From: Amphiscolops sp. MND2022
Lineage: Eukaryota
Reading direction: 5' to 3'
Assembly (NCBI GenBank): GCA_964187785.1
Contig: OZ076413.1
Location: 50,842,001 to 50,906,000, forward strand
DNA: 64,000 nt
Part shown: positions 1 through 11,800 of the stretch, in pieces
Layout of the letters: each line of letters begins with the position of its first letter
Position numbering within the stretch: position 1 is the stretch's first letter
Made by a program: the position numbers and the translations under genes
Notes under the pieces: generated by a model
Database searches by the model: none
The model's input: the letters and a program-made list of their open reading frames with translations, nothing else
Told to the model about the DNA's origin: nothing

Positions 1-452
1 ACAAATTTCGACCCGACGTGTTCCACCAAATTCGATCTCATTTCGTTCGACATGTGTAATTCGACCAAAGTAGTCGACCTCATTCCGTTCGACCTCGCCA
101 AAACAAGCATCATTATTAAAGTATTTAAGCTATATATTCAGTGAGCATTGAAAGTTATGCGCTGTGCTTTCAACTCGGAGAGCTTCAGCATGAACTGTTG
201 AGACAAGGTAGGTCAGATTGTAAGGTAACTTTGATTAAAAATTTGATGTCGAACGTGTCGCCGCACAAGTCCAGAGGAGGAATTCCCAGCAGGACCTCGC
301 TAGCAGCAAAAGGAGGTGATAGACTATGTCGAAATATCGACCGAATTATATTGTTCTGTGTTCTGAAAATTATTGAGATCTGTATTATTTTTATGTCTCC
401 AGATTGGTGCAGCGTACATTATTTGTGGCGGAATTACCGTTTTGTAAAGTAG

Positions 453-591
453 TATAACAACGCAAGCTCGACATGACTGTGAGAAAATAGCTATTACAGG
501 ACTCGAACCTGCATCTCGAGACATATATAGCTGGCAGTCAAGCGCCTTAATTTAATCTCACAAATCTTCCACTAACAACGCCATTATTACA
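453..591 (-). mobile_element. Solo LTR of the tRNA-carrying TRIM
   Basis: Reverse complement aligns to the LTRs at 22032-22198 and 25997-26159, with internal deletions. Minus-strand termini TGTAATAA...GTTGTTATA. Perfect 4-bp TSD GTAG (449-452 / 592-595). Splits the LINE RT reading frame. Confidence 0.85.
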
Positions 592-2048
592 GTAGGATCA
601 ATGTGGGGATGCTGAGACCCCATTGGTCTGTCCATTTGCTCAGTTTGATGAGCCAATTTCTCGCTACTTTGACCGTGACCGTTTTCAAGTGTTCATGTTG
701 TTTCAGATTGTCGTCGACAGTAAGTCCAATAGATTTTGTGCTCGATACGAGTGCACATGTATCGGAGTTTGTCGTTGGCAGATTGATTGCAGACACCTCA
801 CAGTTTAGCAGCATCAACTCGGTTTTGGATCCGATGAGTACCATGCTCCATTTTCGACTCCAAGGTTCTATTTCTCTACAGGTCGAGTTCAACCGAACTT
901 GGAGGTTTTCGACGTTTTTGCCCGTAATTAGAACAGATGTATCGTCAGCAAATTTGAAACTGTTCCTATGTGTTGCAAAAATGTCATTGAATAAGATAAC
1001 GAATAGAAGAGGCGATATTATACTGCCTTGGGGAGCCCTGACTTTGTTACAAAGCATTCCGATTTGAAGTTGCTAGTTTGTGAAAAACTTTTCCGTTTCG
1101 GAGGAAAATATTGATAACGTGTAGCATGTTTCCAGAGACCCCAAGATGAATTAACCGGTTGTAAAGTCCGTCAATCCATTTGCTGTCGAAGGCCTTCTCT
1201 AAGACAACGTTTAGGAAAGCTGGCTGTTTTTCCAAACGCTTGATTGACTCCATTTCAAGCTCGGGACCCAAATGTTTCAGTATCAAAATATGTAAGTTCT
1301 CAATGTCGAAGGACCCAGAAAGTGGAAGTTCTTTGAGAGCTTGTTCTAGTTCAGATATGGTTGTTTCACCTTCAAAAATGTCATCAATATGTTCATTAAA
1401 GTTCGAAAAGACTGATTTTTTTAAAAAAATTATTCATGATGATTTTCGTCAAATTTTTGATTGGAAAGATGTTTAGTTTACCTTCGAAAAAAACTTTCCG
1501 GATCTCGTTGGCAAACTCTGACTCCTTGCATGCAAGTGGATCCGACGAAGAGAGGTTGGGACCAAGATCACCAGTGTGTTTTTGAAATAGCCAATGGTAG
1601 GTCTTCTAAAATGCTCCCTCGTTTGTAACCAAATTCTCGCAATAAATTTTGCATCCAATTTGGAGCTTCCAGGGCAAGCTAAATTTTGAAGTGTTCTTTA
1701 TTTTAGCTGTATCCAGTGCTAGACCATTAGAGTAGTTCGATTTTAATCTGAACTGTTTACGACATTTTCTCACCTCTTTACTAGACGAAGATAGGTTAGC
1801 GTTCCAGGATACCTTACTGCGGTGGCATGATTTTTTAGTTGAAATGAAGTTATCTAAAGCTTCGCTTATCGACTCTTGATTTTTGACCAAACTTCTTTAC
1901 AATCGTCGATTTCCATTATATCTTTGCTAAACTCTTTACTGTATTTGTCCAACTGGCCCAATCAGCTTTTTCTAACCTCAGTTGGTCATTAACAACCTTA
2001 GAGTATTCCAAGGGAGAGATGTCAAATAGAACAGGCACATGACTTCAT

Positions 2049-5000
2049 CGAGGTGCTCCAATGAACAGTTCCACACCGTAGTCGCAACTTAGTTCAAAAA
2101 GGTGTGATGAGTCAATTTTCCACTGACTATGATTAAATCAATGATGCGGTTCCCGTTAGATGAGAGAAAAGTAGGGTCACCATAGTTAATATTGGAGAGT
2201 TCATGAGGTAAGTGGCTGTACATTTCTAGTCCATGAAGGTTGTTAGTAGAGTCACCCCAATATTCATGTCTAGCGTTAAGGTCATCCACGAAAATTGAAC
2301 CGTCAAGTTGGTTAGGTTTAATGAATTGTTGGGCTGCTTCCAGTTGTTGAACGAATGACTGAAGGTAATGCTATTTTGTCTGATCTAAGCAGTAGCTATC
2401 AAGAGATTGAGTTTTCCGAGAATGCCCAAAACTCAGACGCTGTCTAAATCTGGGCATTCGGGATCGTTGATTTTTGTATAAAGGATCACTTGGGTAAGTG
2501 AAAGTGCGAACCCACCAGAGTTTTCAGTCTGGGAAGCTTCTGTGTGGAAGTTATTGAAGCAGTCAGAACTCTTGATAAATTATTTTGTTTTGGTGAGACA
2601 AACGAAGAAGGGAAGTTTCTCATCTAGAACGTTTTCAAGCGCCCTCTTACAATTTTCACTTATACCACAGATGTACTATTTTATAAGTGTATCTGTTTTA
2701 TGTTTTATTGTTGTTTTGTAAAGCTTCCATGACGGATTTGGAGAAATGAAGATCCTTCGCGTTGTAGACTTTTTGAATTTGATTCAGGCATAACTGGCAA
2801 TCAAATGAGTCAGTCTGATGATTATATCCGCAGTTTGCACACGTGGGGTCAAGATGTGGTTGGTTGGGCAATCCGTGAAGTTACGTTTCTGGCTGCAGTG
2901 TTCGCAATGTTTTTCAACCTTGCAGTTTGCACTCACAGGTCGTTAAAAAAATGGTCATTAAAAAGACCTTCGTTTACTGCGTTTGCTGCATCTTCTGCTG
3001 AAAATGGTAATTTATCAGTTCCCGAGACTGTCTGTTCTCGCTTGACAAAACGCGTGGCTTCATCGTTGGAAAATTCAACGCTGTTCAATTATCACCACGT
3101 CTCCGCTTTTGCCTGGGTGACTTAGCAAACTCAATTTTCAAAAATGGGAGGCTGTCAGCTCCGCCGATGCTTCTTGGGGGATCAACAACATTTAATGAAG
3201 GTCATGTGGTGCCCCATTGCATCGCAGCTGGCAACTTTGGCGTTAAGCAGCTAATGCTGCTTTTTTTCCTCTTCGAGCTCCTCAATGGCACCCTCATAGT
3301 CATCTTGGAGGCAGTTGATCTGCTGCAACAACTCCCCATTTCGACGCTGAAGACCATTCAATTGACTTTTTGTGTCCTTTTACATACTCTCTCAATAAAT
3401 TCCACTGGGTTTTTAGATATTCAAATCCCTTTTCCGCTGTTCAAGTTGCTTGCTGAGAGCATCCAACTGAAAAAGAACGTTTTCGAGATTCGACAGATGG
3501 AGCGCAACGTTCTGTTGAAGACCTTTGAGTTTTCCATTCAAATGCCCAGAAGCATCGAACAACTCAACTGACAAAAGCTCATTCGTTATTGCCAGTTTTC
3601 TCGTCTTTTTTGGCAACACAAAACCCTGAACTTGCCAACCCCAATGCAAGAAATCACCGTGAGCTCCTTAGTTACATAATATACCTGGTCTCCAACAGTT
3701 GGTATCTGGAACAAAATTGCTTGACAACTCGGTGAGGGCGTCACGTTATAGCTTTCAAATGAAATAGTTTGTTGTGAATCCCGCGTTACTCCAGAACGAA
3801 ACCCGTTCGTTAGAGATACTTTGACGTGAACACACTTTCATTTTCGAACGAGGTGCTCCAATGAACAGTTCCACACCGTAGTCGCAACTTAGTTCAAAAA
3901 GGTGTGATGAGTCAATTTTCCACTGACTATGATTAAATCAATGATGCGGTTCCCGTTAGATGAGAGAAAAGTAGGGTCACCATAGTTAATATTGGAGAGT
4001 TCATAAGGTAAGTGGCTGTACATTTCTAGTCCATGAAGGTTGTTAGTAGAGTCACCCCAATATTCATGTCTAGCGTTAAGGTCATCCACGAAAATTGAAC
4101 CGTCAAGTTGGTTAGGTTTAATGAATTGTTGGGCTGCTTCCAGTTGTTGAACGAATGACTGAAGGTAATGCTATTTTGTCTGATCTAAGCAGTAGCTATC
4201 AAGAGATTGAGTTTTCCGAGAATGCCCAAAACTCAGACGCTGTCTAAATCTGGGCATTCGGGATCGTTGATTTTTGTATAAAGGATCACTTGGGTAAGTG
4301 AAAGTGCGAACCCACCAGAGTTTTCAGTCTGGGAAGCTTCTGTGTGGAAGTTATTGAAGCAGTCAGAACTCTTGATAAATTATTTTGTTTTGGTGAGACA
4401 AACGAAGAAGGGAAGTTTCTCATCTAGAACGTTTTCAAGCGCCCTCTTACAATTTTCACTTATACCACAGATGTACTATTTTATAAGTGTATCTGTTTTA
4501 TGTTTTATTGTTGTTTTGTAAAGCTTCCATGACGGATTTGGAGAGATGAAGATCCTTCGCGTTGTAGACTTTTTGAATTTGATTCAGGCATAACTGGCAA
4601 TCAAATGAGTCAGTCTGATGATTATATCCGCAGTTTGCACACGTGGGGTCAAGATGTGGTTGGTTGGGCAATCCGTGAAGTTACGTTTCTGGCTGCAGTG
4701 TTCGCAATGTTTTTCAACCTTGCAGTTTGCACTCACAGGTCGGTAAAAAAATGGTCATTAAAAAGACCTTCGTTTACTGCGTTTGCTGCATCTTCTGCTG
4801 AAAATGGTAATTTATCAGTTCCCGAGACTGTCTGTTCTCGCTTGACAAAACGCGTGGCTTCATCGTTGGAAAATTCAACGCTGTTCAATTATCACCACGT
4901 CTCCGCTTTTGCCTGGGTGACTTAGCAAACTCAATTTTCAAAAATGGGAGGCTGTCAGCTCCGCCGATGCTTCTTGGGGGATCAACAACATTTAATGAAG

Positions 5001-5649
5001 GACATGTGGTGCCCCATTGCATCGCAGCTGGCAACTTTGGCGTTAAGCAGCTAATGCTGCTTTTTTTCCTCTTCGAGCTCCTCAATGGCACCCTCATAGT
5101 CATCTTGGAGGCAGTTGATCTGCTGCAACAACTCCCCATTTCGACGCTGAAGACCATTCAATTGACTTTTTGTGTCCTTTTACATACTCTCTCAATAAAT
5201 TCCACTGGGTTTTTAGATATTCAAATCCCTTGTTCCGCTGTTCAAGTTGCTTGCTGAGAGCATCCAACTGAAAAAGAACGTTTTCGAGATTCGACAGATG
5301 GAGCGCAACGTTCTGTTGAAGACCTTTGAGTTTTCCATTCAAATGCCCAGAAGCATCGAAAAACTCAACTGACAAAAGCTCATTCGTTATTGCCAGTTTT
5401 CTCGTCTTTTTTGGCAACACAAAACCCTGAACTTGCCAACCCCAATGCAAGAAATCACCGTGAGCTCCTTAGTTACATAATATACCTGGTCTCCAACAGT
5501 TGGTATCTGGAACAAAATTTCTTGACAACTCGGTGAGGGCGTCACGTTATAGCTTTCAAATGAAATAGTTTGTTGTGAATCCCGCGTTACTCCAGAACGA
5601 AACCCGTTCGTTAGAGATACTTTGACGTGAACACACTTTCATTTTCGAA
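2049..5649. repeat. 1.8-kb head-to-tail tandem duplication (2049-3848 / 3849-5649)
   Basis: Near-identical copies differing by about six substitutions and one 1-bp indel; CGA microhomology at the junction. Confidence 0.95.
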
Positions 5650-7785
5650 CGAAACCCGTTACTAAAAAACACACTTTGACGTGAACACACATTCCTTTTC
5701 GAACAAAACCCGGTCGTGGTTCTTACTCCCAAGTGAACACACTTTGATATCTCTTCTCTTTAATATATAGGCGACTTCCAGTTATCCGTTGCGATTTGTT
5801 TTTTTTGATCCAATTGCTTTTCCGAGATAGCCCTTTTTCTGCTCTTTCACTTCCGAAGGCGTCATATAGGTGTCTGGCTGGCTTACACGACAAAGTTGGA
5901 AATGCCCTGAAAATTGATTTGAAGTGTTCTTCACATCCCCGCACGTACGGATGTGTCATTGTTGTCAATTTTTTGTATTTTCTTCGAGTGGGTTTTTCGT
6001 CCAGCGTCTCGCTTACAAAAATTATTTCGTATAGCGTTAACGTCCGTTGATGCAAGGTCTTTTGTTTCAAATCTCGGACGGAAGTTTCTCGGTCAGTTTT
6101 GCTTTAGCTCTTTCACTTCTATCCAAAGTGCGTTGTTTTCCCAACTCTCCGTTTAATCGTCTAATTTTGTTATGTTGCGTTTCTACATCGAGTTCGAGTT
6201 GCTGAACTAATTGTCGGGATTCATCTTCTCTCCGATTAGCTGTACTTGCTTCGGTGTATTGCTGTTATTTAAAGGTGCTGTTTTTTGCTCTGATGAGTTC
6301 AATTGCATGTCGAAGCCCGGCAAGTTGAGGAACTGTTTTATCAGCACTGTTTTTGATATTGTGTCTTCAGCGTGTCTTCTGTACCATGTCTTCTGAAGGT
6401 CAGCGTGTCTTCTGTAGCTATTTTGACCTCCGGACAAGCAGCCTTGAGATCTATACAGTCCTGGTGATACTTCTGATTTAATTTGGTATAATTCAGGCAA
6501 GTAGTAGACATACTCGTTCACTCGATTGTCTTCCAATTCTAAACATTTTTTTTTGATTTGGTATTGTATAATCTTCTGGAGGTAATCTTACTCATGCTGG
6601 TGTTTCCGATTCATAAGTTACTCAGTCTTTATTCCTATTTTTTTAGTCTCGTAGTAGTCTCATATCAATCAGAATTTGGTTGTGTGCATAAAAAGGGTTG
6701 AGTGGTTGAATAGAGTCCCGTGTAGTAGTTTTTTAAAATCTTATTACGAAAAATATCTTAATAACAAAACGAAGCAGAGTCACGATTAAGAATTGTGTGA
6801 GCAACGTAAGCGGTACTTCTCTGGCCATCCACCAGCACAGTAGTGTCTCTTTGTTCACTGTTGGAAAACACTTTACGACGCCCCAGCTGAAACCCAGCTG
6901 GCTGTCAGGAAAATTCAGACGACAAAATGTTTGTGAAGACAGTTCCCTTCTGAGCCGCGATGTACTTCGCGACCTGTTCGACTATGTTTCAAGGCTCGCG
7001 CTTGGTTGCTTAGCATCAAGTCCTCCAATTTGACAACCCGTCCAATCCAACACACTCTTGTGGTCTAAGTCCTGACCTTGAATCATTACCGTAACTACTT
7101 GGCACCACTCTGGCGAGCTCAATTTTTGTCCCATATTTTATCCACGAACCGTTCTTAACTAATTTGGATAGACCGGGGTACATTCTGTGACAGTGTCGTT
7201 ACTGTAAAAAAACTCTTGAAATATGGTTCATTCATTTGATCACTGTCTCACTCGCATGTCCAAGTCTCACAGTTTTTTTCTGGTACAGAATGTCTTGGTT
7301 ACAAATGTCACTTCCAATTTTGTACATCTGTGTATGTATAGAACTTCTCCCGCACGTTCAATATGACTTCCTTTCATCTTTCTTCCTAGAGCCATTCGGT
7401 TTTTATTAGAAATTAGGTTCAATTTCAACATCCTTTCTATTCTGTCTATTTGACATTGTTGGAACTCAATTCCCTTTCCAAAACTTTGCTGTTTCGTTCA
7501 AATTGCGAGCGTAGATGAAATCTAATTTGCTTTGTTTGAACATTTCGTTGTTTATTATCCCACAACCTTTATTTGGGAAATCTGTAACCTAGAATGTAAC
7601 AAAACTTTTCTAATGACGTTGTATGAACACTTTTGTTATATCTAGATGTAGCAGAGTTGGATAGCTTCAGAGTAAACTCTCTTTGTCTTGCTGAGCTGAC
7701 GCAACCCGTCAACAGACTTTGCTTTTGGCCCTTTAATATGTGAACTTCATCGGATTTGGAAATTAGAACTATGGTTAGCCGTTCT

Positions 7786-8030
7786 CTATTTGATGTTCCG
7801 TCCAATTATTAGTCCACAAAGTCTTGTTGGAACTCATTTGTTAAATGTTTTCCTTGATTTCCTGAAGAATCCAGCCATTCGAAAATGTTCAATCTTTTCT
7901 GCTGTCCCTCTATTTGATGTTCCGTCCAATAGTTAGTCCACAAAATCTTGTTGGAACTCATTTGGTAAATTTTTCCTTGATTTCCTAAAAAATTCAGCCA
8001 TTCGAAATTGTTCGATCTTTTCTGCTCTCT
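7786..8030. repeat. Two tandem ~124-bp repeats inside the env-like region
   Basis: CTATTTGATGTTCCGTCCAAT...CTTTTCTGCT repeated at 7786 and 7910. Confidence 0.85.
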
Positions 8031-8320
8031 CTCTGTGATGAGGTTACCAATAGTTAGACGTCCGTTTATCATCACCGGTCCTTCTATCGTTTATCCTAGC
8101 GGTGTCGTCCACTCTACTGAAGTGGTGTATCCTATTTCCTTTTCCACTAGCTTTCATGAAAGTTTCCGAGTAGTCAAAAGATTTTTCACTAGTAGGAATT
8201 CAAGTTTTTTACTATTTCTAAGTCTTTTTGTGTGAGACGAAACGTTTACTTGCCGAAGCCCGGCAAAGTAAACAATTTCTCATTCCACCTCAGACAGCAG
8301 GTCTCCATTGGCAAGAAATA

Positions 8321-8839
8321 ACAAGCCGGGACCGGCCCAAGTCGGCGCCGTATCCAAGGCTCAAAAATAGCAAAAAGACTTCCAAGTGTCAAGTACTCTT
8401 TTACAGTACTCGAAAATCGAAATTTTTCGAAAAAAAAATTTGCGAAAAAATTACTCAAAAAAATGGACAAAAAATCTCACAATGCCGAAAAAAACTGAAA
8501 GGGGGACCCTTTGGGATTTTTCAACATCCATTCTGTCGCAAAACATCAAAAAAAATGCAGGGGGACCCTTTGGGAAAAAATTTTATTTTTCGAAAAAAAA
8601 GTCTCGCAGTGCCGAAAAAAAATGAAAGGGGGGAGTCTTTGGTCTCGCCCGGTATGGTATGTTACGCGGAAAAACAGGAAAAACCTTTTTGGTTCAGTTC
8701 GCTAGACCAAATAGTGCATTTCGATGCAATAATATTTTGTAGAACTTTTGTAGAACTATTTTGTTCAGTTCGTGTGGATAGAAAAAAAAAGAATCACTAT
8801 AATAGTCGCGTTTCACTTCATGAAGCGCCGACTAAAAAA
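8321..8839 (-). mobile_element. Helentron-associated (HINE/DINE-1-like) non-autonomous element
   Basis: Sub-terminal inverted repeats AGTCGGCGC / GCGCCGACT, a short internal IR, a terminal stem-loop ending CTTGTT, T-rich insertion site. Same family as 29832-30091 and 38790-39367. Confidence 0.7.
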
Positions 8840-11800
8840 TAGATAGTTTTCTTTGATTTCTCGTGGAGATACAAAACATCGTCATGCACTGCTGACTTCT
8901 TCATAGACTACACAGTGTATGATGCCTAAAAATGACAAATCTTCTTTTTTGTTACACATAGTTCGTCTTGAAAGGCACTGCACCACGTTCCGCTAGCTGC
9001 GGTTTTGTCTTGTCAAGGGAACAGTTAATTTCTCCGGTATGAGAATGTATTGTTGTTGACACGATTTGTTCAAAATCGTAACCGTGTAATTTGATCTCCT
9101 CTCCGGAATCTGTTCCCCCCAAATATTATAAGTAGCAGACAGACGAGAACACTTGTAGTCTTCGGGTACAATGTAATTTCCCGGTTTCCTTTGAACATCA
9201 TATTTTCCCTGAAGCAAACACGGCGTCGTCTTCGAAATACGGGTCCTTGTCATTGTATTCAAAGTATGCATCAAAAGGTTTAGGAACTGTGCGTATGCGA
9301 CGGCGTGGTTTTCTTGGCAGCGGCATGGCCTTCGTTTGTTTGTTTGGTTTTCACGCTTTTGCTGTTTTCCTTCTTTTTTCGCTGGCCGGTCCTGTCTCAA
9401 AAGTTCTTACTGATTCGGATATCGTTGACTGTTCAGTACCTCGTGTTAAAGGTTTTTCACCATCGCTGGTTCCGGTTTGTACTTGTGTGGTTACAGGTTC
9501 AGTTAGGATTTGGATTTCTATTTCCATAAAAGTATTATCCTTCTCATCCGACATTCCAGTTTGTTCGAAGACTGCCCCTTTTTCTGTTACGTTTGTTTTA
9601 CAGAAGAACATTTCCCTTATTGGATATTTGTTCGTGCGATTGTAATGAACTTTTATATCCTTCCTTGATTCATCGTGTTGTACTCGGAAACTGAGATCAT
9701 TGATTATTTCTAAGATGATGTATAGTCCCCTGTAGAAAGAAGTGAAATTTTTTTATATCACCCTTCTTCACTGTCGGAAAAACTACAAGGTAATTTCCCC
9801 CCACGCTGTAAACTGGTCCATAGGCTCGGTAATCATTGTAAGTCTTTCGTCGAGTCTGTTCAACGTCTATCTCTGATCTCACTAGATGATACGATTTATG
9901 CAGCTCTTTTCTCAGATTGTATACCTAGTCACTTGGCGTAGGGAATAGTTCCGTATGTCGAGTCCCGTACATACAAACAATCGGTAGCTTCAGAGAGGTT
10001 CCAAGTATTTAATAATTTGGGCTGTTTTCAGATACTGTGTGAACTGATGATCCGTAGGCCATCAACACCAGCTGTAAATAACAATTCCAATCAATTTGAT
10101 GGTCGCTGTTGAACTTGGACAGGCTCTCCTCCATGGATTCTATCATTGAAACTCCTTCCAAATGAAAAGAAGTAGTTAATATTCTTTCGATGGCTAGAAT
10201 ATTGCACATTTCAGTGAAAAGATCTGACATGAACTTTGTTCTGTTGTCACTGTGAAGGTTTACTGGACAACCGAATTTGATAACCCAATTTTCAACTAGG
10301 CCATGCGCCGCGGTTTTTGCATCTCGGTTTTGCATGGGTACTGCTTTGTACCATTTTGTAACTTAATCTCGAAAGAGTAGGATGTATTTCTTTCCGTTAG
10401 ACTCCGGCAGAGGCCCCATGATATCCAATGACACTTGCCAGAAAAAGTGACTAATTTTCCAAGTTTTTAAACTATGTCTATGTTTCTGAGGCGTCCCGTT
10501 TTTTTAGGACATTTATCACAGCTGTCGACCCATTCATTGAGATCTCGGTTAATTCCAGGCCAAAAAGTTGTTCTTGAGTTCTTTGATGTGTTTTTTCGAT
10601 ACCGAATTATCCCGTACACGGTGACTCATGGAGCAACGGTAAGATCTTTGAGACTTGGTTCTCACCAACAATTAGTTGATGTCTGTGCTTTTCTGTCTTC
10701 TCTAGTGATTTGACACAATACAAAAGGTCATCGAAGGTTCTAAAGTATTTAATTTCAACCCAGAAATTCCATAATTCTTCTGAGGCCCCCACCATATTGC
10801 GCCGGTCGGGCCTCTGATTTTTACAATTTTGTTTCAGTGCTTGTTTAAGGCTGTAGTCTTTTTGTTGGTTTTTTGAATATCTCCCCGGTTTCTATCTTGC
10901 AACAGAGCCCAAACATGTGTTTCCTCAAGTTCTAGCAGCACTATGCAGTTAACGCTACATTAAAAGCTACTACATTCTCATCCTCTGCTAACACTAGATA
11001 GACAATCAGCGTGTGGTATTTTCTTGCCGGCTTCACGTTGTATTTTACAATCGGATTGACCGATTTCTCGATCCAACTAGCGATCATACTGTCAGGGTCT
11101 TCGAAGCCGTATAACCATTCAAACACTTTGTGATATGTTACAATCTGAAATTTCCTCCCCTATAAGTATGCTTTGAAATGACTTGTGAAGTGAACAACTG
11201 CGAAAAGTTCTCTCTTCTTAGCTGAGTAATTGAGTTGAACTTTGTATAATTTTTTGCTTGCATATGCGACGACGCGATCATCACCTCCCTGATTTTGTGT
11301 GAGGATCGCCCCGATTCCATTGAGTGAAGCGTCGGTTGTCAGCCTATACGTATCGCGGCCATTCGGATACCCTAGAATTGGCGCTGTTAGAATCTTCCCT
11401 TTGAGCTCAATTAGAGCTTCTTCGCATTCGTTGCTACACTATGTTTTTTCTTTTCAGGAGGTTGTAAGAGGGCTCAGAAGTTCTCCCGAATCCCGGGATA
11501 AATTTCCGATAAAACCCCACTAGCCCCAAAACTGCTCTAACTTCCTTCAAGTTTGTAGGTGATTTCATTTTTTCAATACCTTTCACTTTATATACTTCGA
11601 TACTTTACTTAGAAGTGGATCGACTTCTACTCCATTTTCAGATAATACATGTCGCAGGGAATTTATATGCTTTTGGAAAAATGAACCCTCGGTCCTTCTT
11701 TTTTTTCTATTTCGAGCGAGTCGGTGAAAAACTATTCCCAAGCGTTGTAGGTGTTCATCAAAAGCTTTCTCAAAAACAATGTTATCATCAAGATTAATCG

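Larger units (their letters stand above)
324..5720 (-). mobile_element. Decayed Jockey/I-group LINE: ORF1 with CCHC knuckles, APE endonuclease and RT; interrupted by a solo LTR and carrying a tandem duplication of its 5' part
   Basis: RT motifs PQGSIISPLLF and FADD (587-1057). The RT C-terminus continues across the solo LTR (...LSIPTLILL / YKTVIPPQIMYAAPIW). APE motif DLNARHEYWGD (2089-2289). ORF1 knuckle CANCGYNHQTDSFDC read on the minus strand at ~2795-2845. Many stops and frameshifts; both ends approximate. Confidence 0.85.
6950..9250 (-). pseudogene. env-like glycoprotein remnant (class III fusion, chuvirus-G/gB-like) downstream of the integrase
   Basis: Manual translation of ~7550-7140: SKLDFIYARN...EFQQCQIDRIERMLKLNLISNKNRMALGRKMKGSHIERAGEVLYIHRCTKLEVTFVTKTFCTR...MNHISRVF...DTVTECTPVYPN. 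Cys spacing and the AGEV-x4-C motif resemble chuvirus-type glycoproteins. Frameshifted; family call is from motif recall only. Confidence 0.6.

Noticed and set aside
8228..8842. 204-aa Lys-rich ORF
   Set aside because: Coincides with an A-rich non-autonomous repeat; spurious.
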